From Octopus vulgaris (Eukaryota), in NCBI GenBank assembly GCA_951406725.2, contig OX597815.1, forward strand, positions 190,278,001 to 190,342,000: a stretch of DNA of 64,000 nucleotides. The letters run 5' to 3'. Shown piece after piece: positions 50,953 through 63,381 of this stretch. The translations under genes were made by a program, and so were the position numbers. Position 1 is the first letter of the stretch; each line of letters opens with the position of its first letter. The notes under the pieces are model-generated. The model ran no database searches and was not told the origin of the DNA. It saw only the letters and a program-made list of their open reading frames with translations.

Positions 50953-51584
50953 TTTCTGGTTATCTTTGTCCTCTCAACCAACAACATCATCACTTGACAA
51001 CCACTGTTGGTTTGTTTACAACCCAAAACCCAGCCTAGGGGCTACACAAATAGAAAAATGCTTCTTCTGTTGATCCATTTGTAAATATCATCCACTTTTT
51101 CTTTTATTTACTTCTTTCACTTAAAGTTACATGGAGGTTGGTCAAGACTATAATATTTGCAGTATTGTAAACGCAAATCTTTCCCTGTCAAAGACTATTG
51201 TCTCTCTGGATATAACTAAATATATCAAGATATATTTGGCTGTTGTAAGAGATAATTGTCTATGTTTCTGTCAAATGACTTCTTGTAAGTTTTTCTTACA
51301 AGTTCACAGATTTATAAAGAAAGAGAATGGTTACTGAAACCATGCTTGGCAGTTTCTAAATCAGCTCAAAAAGGATCAAAGACAAATCAAGAAGCAGAAT
51401 ATATAAAAGTATTAAGTAGGTGCAGGTGAGGCTGTGTGGTAATAAGTTTGCTTCTCAATCACATGGTTCCGGGTTCAGTCCCACTGCATAGCACCTTGAG
51501 CAAGTATCTTCTACTATAGCCTCAGGCTGACCAAAGTCTTATGAGTGGATGTGGTTGACAGAAACTGAAAGAAGCCCATCGTAT

Positions 51585-51843
51585 GTATTATTTTTATTGT
51601 ATTTGAGTAAACTTGTCCGTTTTTATAATCCTTGTTTTTGTGTACATTTGCTGCTTTCTTCCAAGGAATCTAATGCTCTTAGCTTAGTTTTTCCTTGGGG
51701 TTGGCCAGATTGGAGCAATCTCGAGTGTAACCAGCCGAAATTGCAAAGATAATCTGGAACTCGACTGAGGAGAGAAAACTCTGAATGACCCATCCTTGTT
51801 TCCTTGTATCGTCTATCTGGGTGTTTTGCGTTCTTGTCCCATT

Positions 51844-51890
<47 letters not shown>

Positions 51891-52480
51891 TGAGAGATAA
51901 AACCACTATTATGCAGCTCAAACAGTGATAGAAATATATATATTCTTATATATATGTGTATGTTCTTTTATTCTTTTACTCTTTAACTGTTCCTATCATT
52001 TGACTGTGGCCATGCTGGAGCACCACCTTAAAGGGTTTTTAGTTGAAGAAATCGACCCCATGACTTATTCTTTGTAAGCTTAGTGCTTATTCTACTGGTC
52101 TCTCAACTTACTGATTGAATTAAAACATAAGTAGTTGATTACTCAACAAATACAAGCAATCTTAATGCAGTCCTCAAGTAGAGCTAACATGGCGCAGTGT
52201 GTGACCACATTGGCCATAGAAATTACAGTTGTCAAGAAGTGGTGACAAAACACACACATATATATATACACACAACAGGCTTCTTTCATTTTCCAAGAAA
52301 TCTAATGCTCTTAGCTTAGTTTTTCCTTGGGGCTGGCCGGATCGGAGCGATCTCAAGATTAATCAGCCGAAATTGCAAGGATGATCCGGTTCTTGACTGA
52401 AGATTAGAGGCTTCGAATGACCCGTCCGTTTTTTGTGTCGTCTATTTGAGTGTTTTGCATTCTTGTCCCATATTTGTATT
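51585..52480 (+). mobile_element. Two diverged copies of an unclassified ~200-bp element (51655-51846; 52288-52480)
   Basis: Shared ttccaag.aatctaatgctcttagcttagtttttccttgggg..cagccgaaattgcaa..gaatgaccc..ttcttgtccc. Confidence 0.65.
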
Positions 52481-52484
52481 TTTA

Positions 52485-52901
52485 TACTTACTTTTACTTT
52501 TACTTGTTTCAGTCATTTGACTGCGGCCATGCTGGAGCACCGCCTTTAATCGAGCAACCCGACCCCGGGACTTATTCTTTGTAAGCCCAGTACTTATTCT
52601 ATCGGTCTCTTTTGCCGAACCGCTAAGTGACGGGGACATAAACACACCAGCATCGGTTGTCAAGCAATGCTAGGGAGACAAACACAGACACACAAACACA
52701 CACACACACATACATATATACATATATATACATATATACGACAGACTTCTTTCAGTTTCTGTCTACCAAATCCACTCACAAGGCATTGGTCGGCCTGGGG
52801 CTATAGCAGAAGACACTTGCCCAAGATGCCACGCAGTGGGACTGAACCCAGGACCATGTGGTTGGTAAGCAAGCTACTTACCACACAGCCACTCCTGCGC
52901 C
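52485..52901 (-). mobile_element. SINE family A, full length (a second head fragment follows at 52937-53090)
   Basis: Homology to family A. Confidence 0.9.
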
Positions 52902-53384
52902 TTTATACATATATTATTGCGGCGTAACGTACACCTTGTTCTTTCATTTTCCATCTACTAAATCCACTCACAAGGCTTTGGTCAGCCCAAGGCTATTGTA
53001 GAAGACATTTACCCAAGGTGCCACGCCGGGGAATTGAACCCGGCACCATGTGGTTGGGAAGCAAACTTCTTACCGCACAGCCACGCCTGTGTTAATATCA
53101 CAAACTAATTTGTCTACCGCTCTACTTTCCTTTCACCCCAAAAAGAGCTCCCTTTTGAATGCATCGCTGCTGCATCTCAGAGGGGAATGACCTGTTGGGT
53201 CATGATCCGTGCTTAAGTTGGCAACGGAGAAGGTTTGCAGGGATATGGACTCCATCCATTGGAACTCCGTCCATTGGAACAAGCGTCAAAAAGACAGAGA
53301 GTGTGCAGTTAATCACTGGCAAGCATCTGGTTGCTAAATATTGCTAATAGAATCCTTGTCTTTGAGACAGATGGATAGGAAGTG

Positions 53385-53628
53385 AGGAAGCAAGGAAAGA
53401 GAGAGAGAGAAGCAGACAGACTGAGAGAGAGAAACTGATTAAGAGAGAGACAGATAGACAGATGAAGAGAAAGAGAGAGACAGATTAAGAGAGAGACAGG
53501 CAGATTAAGAGAGAGAGAGAGACAGATTAAGAGGGAGAGAGACAGGTTAAGAGAGAGATTGTGAGAGAAGGAGAGAGAGACAGATTGAGAGAAAGAGAGA
53601 CAGACAGATAGACTGAGAGAGAGATTGT

Positions 53629-53660
<32 letters not shown>

Positions 53661-53685
53661 GACAGACAGATAGACAGACAGAGTG
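53385..53685. repeat. GA/GACA-rich degenerate minisatellite
   Basis: Repeated gagagagacagattaa-like units. Confidence 0.85.
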
Positions 53686-55088
53686 CATGTGTGTGTGTAG
53701 TAGGAACTCTATCCAGATAAAAAATACTCTTGTGTTGTTTGGAAAAATTTGTTCTTTGTACAATTAATAAACTATTGCTCTGATACATTCTTTGGCTCAC
53801 ACAGAAATAGTGGGAAGAGAGAGAGATAGAGAGAGAGAGAGAGAAGGAGAGTATGTGTTAATGCTTCCTGTTCCAGTTATGTATGTCTGGATAAGAAACA
53901 AGATGACATGTTATCAAAGAGAATTGCAAATATGTTGTAGTGCAGATCTATACAACCCACACATGTTAGGTAACAAAAAATAAAAACGTAATCATTGAAA
54001 GAAAAGGACAACGATGGCGATTACAAGGGTTTATAGCTGTTCTGGACTGACATATTTTCTGTCTCTCAGATAAGAGAGAACCCAGTCTTTACGAAACAGT
54101 TTAGACTCTGTGAAGAATATGAGTGTAGTTGACAGATCTATTGAATTTTTAAATCCTTAATCATCGCAAGGCGATATCATTCTTCATTTTGCATAGACTG
54201 ACAAAAAATCTGCTACAGGCATTGCTAGGGTGCTAGTGGAACAAAAGCAACATCTGAAGCTGCCGAGATTAATGTAAGTGACATGATGATAGAATGCTGT
54301 GAAAATCTATCTGGAATTTTCAATGATTTTTTTTTTTTTTTCCCACATATTTTCTCACATTTATTTAATTAACTTGGATGTTTGCTGTAAGGAACTGTTC
54401 TGAAAGAATTGTCAACCTTATATTTTTTATATTTTCTTCTCCATTTCATTTATTTTTGCTTTGCTTTGTTTTTTTTATGTTTTTTGGGGGTTTTTTTTTT
54501 TTTTTGGTATAAAGGAAATATTGAAATAACGGTAATCACAGCAATAGAGACTGCCCTTAAGGTAAAGTTATTGTCTTTTCCTTTTTAAAATAAACAAACA
54601 AAATATAAATGGAATTGTAATTAAAAAAAAAAAGGGAAAGAAAAAAAATAATGTTCTCGTCATGATCATTATCCTCGTTATTGATATCGGCATCATCATT
54701 ATCATTGTATCTGCGGTTCTGTCATTGGTGATGTATCTATCTTTAAGTATATCTATTTAAAAATATCCTTGAACAGAAGAAGAAATATTACTGTCTCTCA
54801 ATGGTGATTTTAAATCATCATCATCATCATCATCAACATCATCATCGCTACTATCATTGTTGTATCGTCATCATCATCATTGTCATCACCATTTTTCCCA
54901 TCATTATTATTTGAATTACTATCTCGTGTAACAGTAATGATTTTAATGACTCTGCGAAACACAAATACAAGGAGAAAAATAAAATCAGAGTATCCATTTT
55001 AAGGCATCACTATAACATATTCTGGAAACTACTTTTTAAAAAAAAAATTTTTTTTAATGTAAATAATGATTTCTAACATAGACATTAA

Positions 55089-55310
55089 CCCTTTAGCATT
55101 CAACCCGGCCATATCTGGCCAAAATATTTAACCTGTTTTATATTGAAACTGACCAGATCTTGCCTCTCACCTCAGCCCTATCATGTCATTCTAAAACTAA
55201 AAAATCACATCACTGAAATCTCTAAACTACAAGATAATTATATGATTAATTCAAACCATTTTAAATCAGAAAAACATCACATTTGACAGAATAATCTGAA
55301 CACTAAAGGG
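55089..55310 (+). mobile_element. piggyBac-type MITE
   Basis: TTAA on both sides; TIRs ccctttagcattca / tgaacactaaaggg; three copies in the window. Confidence 0.85.
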
Positions 55311-55699
55311 TTAAGCATCCAATTTTTTTTAAGGAGAGTCTGGTGATATTAAATCAAGGCCAGTTATTGACTGGTTCTTCATTTTATTAATTACAACCTT
55401 CGAAGGATGAAGAACAAAGTTGACTCCATGGGATTAAAACTCAGAATTTAAAAGTATGGAGCTAAATACCTCAAGGTGCTTTGTTAGCCGTTAGTGCTGG
55501 TGCCACTTGGTATTGGTGTCACATGGTGCTGGTGCCATGTAAAGAAAAAAAGGCACCCCAGTATACTTTGTAAAGTGGTTGGTGTTAAGCAGGGCATCCG
55601 CCTGTAGAAACCATGCCAGAAGAGGACAACTGGAGCTTGGTGCATCTCTCCAGCTGACCAGCTCGCATCAAACCATGCCAGCATGGAAAATGAGTGTTA

Positions 55700-56110
55700 A
55701 ATGATGATGATGGTGGTGGTGGTGGTGGTGGTGGTGGTGGTGGTGGTGGTTGTAGTAGTGGTGGTGGTGATGGTGGTGGTGGTGGTGGTGGTGGTGGTGG
55801 AGACGATGATGATGAAGACGACAACGGCAGCAGCAGCAGCGGTGGTGGTTGTGGTAGTGGTGGTGGTGGTGGCGGCGGTGATGGTGGTAGTGGCAGTGGC
55901 AGTGGCGGTGGCAGTGGTGGTGGTGGTGGTGGTGGTGGTGGTAGTGGTGGCAGTGGCGGTGGATGTGGTGGTGGTTGTGGTAGTTGTGGTGGTGGTGGTG
56001 GTGGTGGTGGCGGCGGTGGCGATGGTGGTGGTGATGATGATGATCATGAAGACGGTGACGGCAGCGGCAGCAGCGGTGGTAGGGGTGGGAGATGATGATG
56101 ATGATGATGA
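55700..56110. repeat. (GGT)n-rich trinucleotide tract continuing from a family C (GAT)n tail
   Basis: Family C copy 55490-55711 runs directly into it. Confidence 0.9.
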
Positions 56111-56456
56111 TTGCATTGATTCCGGCATCCACTAACTTTATTTTTTGTGGGAATGTTTTTTTTGTTTTTTTTTTAATGTTTGAGCAAATCATTTATGGAA
56201 GGAAATTGTGTTGGTTTTGAAGAGCTGGCAAATGCCAAAAGCTAAGAAGCACCAACAATTAAGACCATGATAGAACGCATAGTCATAGTGTTTGCAAAAA
56301 GCATCAGAGAAGAAAAAAATCACAGAAGGAAAAAATGAAATGGTTAGAATTGATAGAAAAATTTAAGTAAAAAATTCTATGAACTTATAAAAACAACAGG
56401 TGGTAATTACAATTATAATATTTTATAGATGATAAACTTCATCTTAAAAGATGAAG

Positions 56457-57095
56457 CATCATCATCATCATCATCATGATCGTTTAACATCCGCTTTCCA
56501 TGCTAGCATGGCCTGGACGATTTAACTGAGGACTGGTGAACCAGATGGCTGCACCAGACTCCAATCTTGATCTGGCAGAGTTTCTACAGCTGGATGCCCT
56601 TCCTAACGTCAACCACTCTGAGAGTGTAATGGGTGCTTTTACGTGCCACTGGTACAAGAGCCAGTCAGGTGGTACTGGCAATGGCCATGCTCAAATGGTG
56701 TTTTTTATGTGCCACCCACACAGGAGCCAGTCCAGCGGCACTGGCAACGACAAATGTCTTTTCATGCGCCACTAGCACAAGTGCCAGTAAGGCAATGCTG
56801 GTAACGATCACGCTCGAATGGTGCTTTTTACATGCCACCAGCATGGAAGCCAGTTAGCCGCTCTGGCAATGATCACACTCGGATGGTGCTCTTAGTACTC
56901 CACTAGCACGGATGCCAGTCATCAAATTTGATTTCAATTTCGATTTCACTTGCCTCAACAGGTTTTTGCAAGCAGAGTTTAGTGTCCAATGAAGGAAAGG
57001 TACACATAAGTGGGCTGGTTACACCCCTGGCATTGACCGCAAGATTATGGTCTCACTTGGCTTGCCGGGTCTTCTCAAGCACAGCATATTTCCAA
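56457..57095 (-). mobile_element. RTE LINE 3' end / long family C copy with ~5 diverged units
   Basis: Reverse complement begins WKYAVLEKTRQAK* (ORF end), then UTR, unit array and tail. Confidence 0.8.
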
Positions 57096-57497
57096 AAGTC
57101 TCTTAGATTTTACATTATATTTCAATGTTTGATTTTTCAGTACCATCAAGTATGTTGTTCTTGGGAATGTACAAAAATCAATAGATTTGAATTGATTAAA
57201 ATGTAGCCCATGTTGGTGCCATGTAAAAGACACCTATGACAGTGCCACATAAAAGGTACCCAGTACACTCTGTAAAGTAGTTGGCTTCAAGAAGAGCATC
57301 CAGCTATAGAGAACATGCCAAAACAGACAAATGGAAGACAACATGACTTCCCAGCAAATTGTACAGAAACCAGTAAATCCCTCTTTCCGTATCAGGATAA
57401 TTAATCCTTTCTACAGGAAGCACAAGGCCTCAAATTTGTCAAGATGGGGCTTGTCGATTACATCGACCCCAGTGTTTCACTGGTACTTAGTCTAAAA

Positions 57498-58067
57498 GGC
57501 AGCGAGCTGGCAGAAACATTAGCATGTCTGCCGTTACGTTCCGAGTTCAAATTCTGCTGAGGTCAACTTTGCCTTTCATCCTTTCGAGGTCGATAAATTA
57601 AGTACCAGTTACGCACTGTGGTCGATATAATCGACTTAATCCGTTTGTCTGTCCTTGTTTGTCCCCTCTGTGTTTAGCCCCTTGTGGGTAGTAAAGAAAT
57701 AGGTATTTCGTCTGTCTTTACGTTCTAAGTTCAAATTCCGCCAATGTCGACTTTGCCTTTCATTCTTTCGGGATCGATTAAATAAGTACCAGTTACGCAC
57801 TGGGATCAATGTAATCAACTTAATCCGTTTGTCTGTCCTTGTTTGTCCCCTCTGTGTTTAGCCCCTTGTGGGTAGTAAAGAAATAGGTATTTCATCTGCC
57901 GCTACGTACTGAGTTCAAATTCTGCCAAGGTCGACTTTGCCTTTCATCCTTTCGGGATCGATTAAATAAGTACCAGTTATGCACTGGGGTCGATATAATC
58001 GACTTAACCCGCTTGTCTATCCTTGTTTGTCCCTTCTGTGTTAAGCCCTTGTGGGCAATAAAGAATA
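57498..58067 (+). mobile_element. SINE B trimer inside an older opposite-strand SINE B
   Basis: Junctions aaagaaata|ggtatttc at 57702 and 57886. 13-bp TSD ggtacttagtcta at 57482-57494 and 58068-58080. Confidence 0.9.
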
Positions 58068-58610
58068 GGTACTTAGTCTATCAACCCTGAAAAGATGAAA
58101 GGCAAAGTCAAGCCCTGCGGAAATATCCGGATAATTAATAACATCATTGTTACTTCTGTTGCTGTTTAGATGTCATTTTTTAGCTGCTGATCAGCTCTAA
58201 TCTGGGAAACCTATTTCAAATGACAATCCACCTATGACAATCTCATCATATTTATCTATGACCACATTATCGCATATGTTCTTTCTTTTGAAGAGAGAGG
58301 GATGTAATTCAAATAAGATTTTGCTGCTATTTCTTACAGATAAAAATCAACTACATACCGGGATCCCCACCCCACAGAAAAGCTAAAGCTGAAGATGTTT
58401 TATTTACTGCAATATTGAAAGAATTATAAGAGAAGAGATTTCTGACTTTCAGTTTCTGCATCCGTATTATTAAATACCATTTAATTTCTTTAAACTGACA
58501 AAGGCCCTGCAGCTCGCCAGATCCTGTCAAAACTGTTCAACACATGGAAGCAGGGAAAATGGACATTAAATGATAGTGATGATAATGATGGTGGTAGTGA
58601 TGATGATGAT

Positions 58611-58802
58611 GGGGGGGGGGGAGAAAGAAGAGGAAAAGAGGAGGAGGAGGAGGAGGAGGAGGAGAAAGAAGAGGAAGAGGGAGAAGAAGATGGGGAGAAG
58701 AAGAGGAGGGGGAAGAGGAAGGGGAAGAAGATGAAGAAGAAGATGAAGAAGAAGAAGGTGAGGAAGAAGAAGATGAGGAAGAAGGAGAAGAAGAAGAAGA
58801 AG

Positions 58803-58833
<31 letters not shown>

Positions 58834-58844
58834 GGAAGAAGAAG

Positions 58845-58875
<31 letters not shown>

Positions 58876-58912
58876 GGAAGAAGAAGAAGTGGAAGAAGAA
58901 GAAGTGGAAGAA

Positions 58913-58947
<35 letters not shown>

Positions 58948-59003
58948 AGAAGAAGAAGAAGAAGAAGAAGAAGAAGAAGAAGAAGAAGAAGAAGAAGAAG
59001 AAG

Positions 59004-59034
<31 letters not shown>

Positions 59035-59195
59035 GGAAGAAGAAGAAGAAGAAGAAGAAGAAGTGGAAGAAGAAGAAGAAGAAGAAGAAGAAGAAGAAGA
59101 AGAAGAAGGGGAAGAAGAAAAGGAAGAAGAAAAGGAATAAGAAGTGGAAGAGGAAGTTGAAGAAGAAGAAGAGGAAGAAGAAGAAGAAGAGGTGG
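58611..59195. repeat. (GAA)n/(GAG)n polypurine tract
   Basis: Direct reading. Confidence 0.97.
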
Positions 59196-59490
59196 ATAAC
59201 ATTATATTAGAAAAGTCTTAGTTTTCCTGAAGCTAGATTTTAGCCGTTCCATATTACCTAATTTCAACTTATCTTCAGTTATATAATGTCTTGTTCATTG
59301 ATGGACAGAATGTTGTTGAAGACAACCTGTAAATTCTATATTTTAATTTGTCTATTTATTTATTGCGCAATCTATAACATTCTACCAATAAATTTATTCG
59401 TATTATGCTTCTAGATAAATGATAAGGTAAGCAGTGAATGTAACAATGAACTCATCCAAAAATATAACAAAGCTTACATGTATAAAAATA

Positions 59491-59593
59491 TATAGATATT
59501 TTCAATCTAGTTTGGATTCTTTGGCATCAAATTTGATGGCAAAGAATTCAAATTTGATGGCAAAGAATCCAAACTAAATCGAAAACATCTATA
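59491..59593. repeat. Near-perfect palindrome with central 21-bp duplication
   Basis: tagatattttcaatctagtttggattcttt / aaagaatccaaactaaatcgaaaacatcta; tcaaatttgatggcaaagaat occurs twice. Confidence 0.8.
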
Positions 59594-59762
59594 AACAAAT
59601 TAACATTTGTTTTTTTGGGTTTTTTTAAGCATCAAAATGTGTATTGTACGGTACAAATAAGATGATATTTTTTCGAATACAGAATTGCCATTAGAACAAC
59701 AGAAATACTGTGTAAATTACTCTTAAGAAATAAACCAAATGTTAGTTTGTTTATATTTATAC

Positions 59763-59924
59763 ACGTAGAGGAGTGGTTGTGTGGTAAGTAGCTTGCTTAC
59801 CAATCACATTGTTCCGGGTTCAGTCCCACTGCATGGCACCTTGGGCAAGTGTCTTCTACTATAGCCTCGGGCCAACCAAAGCCTTGTGAGTGGATTTGGT
59901 AGACGGATACTGAAAGAAACCTCT

Positions 59925-59968
<44 letters not shown>

Positions 59969-60190
59969 TGTGTGTGTATGTTTGTGTGTCTGTGTTTGTC
60001 CCTCAACCATCGCTTGACAACCAATGTTGGTGTGTTTACATCCCCGTAACTTAGCAGTTCGGCAAAAGAGACCGATAGAATAAGTACTAGGCTTACAAAG
60101 AATAAGTCCTGGGATCAACTTGTTCGACTAAAGGACTTGCTCCAGCATGGCCACAGTCAAATGACTGAAACAAGTAAAAGAATAAAAGAA
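59763..60190 (+). mobile_element. SINE family A
   Basis: Homology to family A. Confidence 0.88.
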
Positions 60191-60428
60191 TGTAGTTGTT
60201 CTATTGGCTATTTAACATCTAAATTTGTGGACAGATTTGTCAACAGGCAGTTTAGTTTGATGGTAAAGCATTCACCTGGAGTCATGAGGAATGTGGGTTC
60301 AAGCCCGATGGCTGTTTGTTGACAAATTTTTATACTTTATAAGAGTAATTTAACCACTATTTCTGTTGTTCTAACAACAATTCTGTGTTTGCAAAAAATA
60401 TCATCTTATTTTTATCGTACAAATTAGA

Positions 60429-60838
60429 TACTCTTTACTCTTTTACTTGTTTCAGTCATTTGACTGTGGCCATGCTGGAGGACCGCCTTTAGTCGAGCAA
60501 ATCGACCCCGGGACTTATTCTTTGTAAGCTCAGTACTTATTCTATCGGTCTCTTTTGCCGAACCGCTAAGTGACGGGGACATAAACACACCAGCATCGGT
60601 TGTCAAGCAATGCTAGGGGGACAAACACAGACACACAAACATATACACACACACTTATATATATATACATATATACGACAGGCTTCTTTCAGTTTCCGTC
60701 TACCAAATCCACTCACAAGGCATTGGTCGGCCCGGGGCTATAGCAGAAGACACTTGCCCAAGATGCCACGCAGTGGGATTGAACCCGGAACCATGTGGTT
60801 GGTTAGCAAGCTACTTACCACACAGCCATTCCTGCGCC
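60429..60838 (-). mobile_element. SINE family A, full length
   Basis: Homology to family A. Confidence 0.9.
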
Positions 60839-60875
60839 TATTACATATTTCCTACACTCAGCATCTAATAATGTA

Positions 60876-61392
60876 ATTAAATGGAAAAATGTGAGCATGA
60901 AAAGTAATATTCTTAAAATTATAAACCTGGAAAAGTACAGGACAAGTTATTACACCTAGAAAAGTATAGGACAAACTATTCTGGTAAAGTAAAGAATAAG
61001 AAACTTTTTACTTAAAATATTGCAGCAAAGAATGCCAGTTCTTCTAATTTATCACTCTTTACAGTTCTCATCTTTTTAATTTATTGTGCAAAACTATTCA
61101 GCTAATTTGTAAGTTTGTCTAATTAGTCACTTTTTTCTGTATTTAAGGTAGTAAATTAGCCAAATTCTATTTAAATAAGTGTAGTGTTATTTGTTAACTA
61201 TAATAAAATAATTTTTAATATTCAAATTTTAATTCTAGCTGCTATATTTTAAGTAAAAAGTTTCTTATTCTTTATTTTACTAGAAGTAATAGCTTGTCCT
61301 TTACTTTTACAAATGCAATAACTTGTCCTGTACTTTTCCAGGTTTATAATCTTAAGAATATGACTTTTCATGCTCGCATTTTTCCATGTAAT
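60876..61392. mobile_element. AT-rich MITE/foldback with ~150-bp inverted arms
   Basis: 60876-61030 matches the reverse complement of 61238-61392. The aaaagta(c/t)aggacaa subrepeat occurs twice per arm. Confidence 0.8.
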
Positions 61393-62197
61393 CCATGATT
61401 TTTCCAGGCATTGCTGTTATAAGATAATTAATAATGTGTCAGTTAATAATTTAAGATTTTAACTTATAAAATACTGAAAGATAATATTTCAATTTTTCCA
61501 TGTAAGTGGTGATAATATTTCAATTTTTTTCATGTTTAATTTAAATATATGTTGTGATTGAATTATTTGATATTACCCATCCACACCAAATTAATGGCAG
61601 GGAATTTTCCAATCTTGTTGGTTGCACCATGGTCCACCAAAAGTTACAAACAACAAGACCCCAAAACCATCAGTAACCAGGCTCACCTTAAGTAACCTAG
61701 GTTTTGAGTTGGGGATAACAGCACTGACTGCTGCTAATCTAGATCTATCAATAATTATTCAATACAACAGTAATTATAAAAGCATATCAAACATACACAA
61801 GTTAAAATTACCTACATCCCATTAATATAAATTTGATTTATATTAATTTTAATTAATTTTGAAACTTAAAAAGTAAATTTAGAATATAAGCACTTTTAAC
61901 CAATGCCTTTTCTGGACAGCCTTACTACTTGCCTTCAGGTCTGCCCGTAGAGACACAGCCAAAAATGACTATATTCCTGTCCCAATAAATTTAGATGCAC
62001 ATATCTGAGGCATGTAATACATTAATGAACTAGCCTCGTTAAATAATTAACTAAAAAGAAAAGGAAAACAACTAAAAAGGCAAAGCAAAAAATGCAGAAA
62101 GCAAGTTAATTAACGCTGCAAGAGAAAATTAATAATAAAAGTTAAACTTACCCTAATTCAACAGCATATTAAAAATAACTTTATTAAATACTTAATT

Positions 62198-62601
62198 GAG
62201 TGGCTGTGTGGTAAGTAGCTTGCTTACCAACCACATGGTTCCGGGTTCAGTCCCACTGCGTGGCACCTTGGGCAAGTGTCTTCTACTATAACCTCGGGCC
62301 GACCAAAGCCTTGTGAGTGGATTTGGTAGACGGAAACTGAAAGAAGCCCATCGTATATACGTATATATATATATATATATGCGTGTGTGTGTTTGTGTGT
62401 CTGTGTTTGTCCCCCTAGCATTGCTTGACAACCGATGCTGGTGTGTTTATGTCCTCGTTACTTAGTGGTTCGGCAAAAGAGACCGATAGAATAAGTACTA
62501 GGCTTACAAAGAATAAGTGCCGGGGTCGAGTTGCTCGATTAAAGGCGGTGTTCCAGCATGGCCGCAGTCAAATGACTGAAACAAGTAAAAGAGTAAAGAG
62601 T
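62198..62601 (+). mobile_element. SINE family A
   Basis: Homology to family A. Confidence 0.9.
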
Positions 62602-62786
62602 ATACTCATACATAATTGACAACTGATGTAGTACATCAGTTAGCAAACTGATGAATATCAGACCCCACTATTATCTTGGGAGGACCATTATGCCAATAAT
62701 AAACAGACACTGGTTCAATTTCACTTCTTTATTATTTGTCACTTGGTTTGTTATTCAACCTACTGACTAATCAGTTGCTTGCTTAA

Positions 62787-63381
62787 CCCCTTAGCTTTCA
62801 GAATTAGCTTATTTATTCACTTAAATTTCAATTAGTCATCTTTGAGATTTTAATGATGTGGTTACTCTTTACTCTTTTACTCTTTTACTTGTTTTAGTCA
62901 TTTCATGGTAGCCATGCTGGAGCACTGCCTTTAGTTGAGCAAATCAACCCTAGGACTTATTCTTTGTAAGCCTAGTACTTATTCTATCGGTCTCTTTGGC
63001 CGAACTGCTAAGTTACGGAGACGTAAAGTCACCAGCATCAGTTGTCAAATGATGTTGGGAGGACAAACACAGACATACAAACACACACACATATGCATAT
63101 ATACGACAGGCTTCTTTCAGTTTCCATCTACTAAATCCACTCACAAGGCTTTGATCTGCCTGAGGCTATAGTGGAGGACACTTGCCGAAGGTGCCATGTA
63201 GTGGGACTGAAACCGGAACAATGTGGTTGGTAAGCAAGCTACTTACCACACAGCCACTCCTGCGCCTTGCTTGTTTTTAGAATAATATTGTAGGTTAAGT
63301 GTAAGAGGGTGGATCTGGTCAATCTGAAGATTTTACAGGTAGATTATTTTGGCCGGATATAACTGGTTTCAATGCTAAAGG
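62787..63381 (-). mobile_element. piggyBac-type MITE split by a full SINE A (62862-63266, -)
   Basis: ttaa|cccc..aatgctaaagg|ttaa; the two halves match 38916-39143. Confidence 0.75.

Noticed and set aside
55668-56192. Gly-rich or His-rich protein ORFs
   Set aside because: They are open in several frames on both strands because of (GGT)n, which continues from a retroposon tail.
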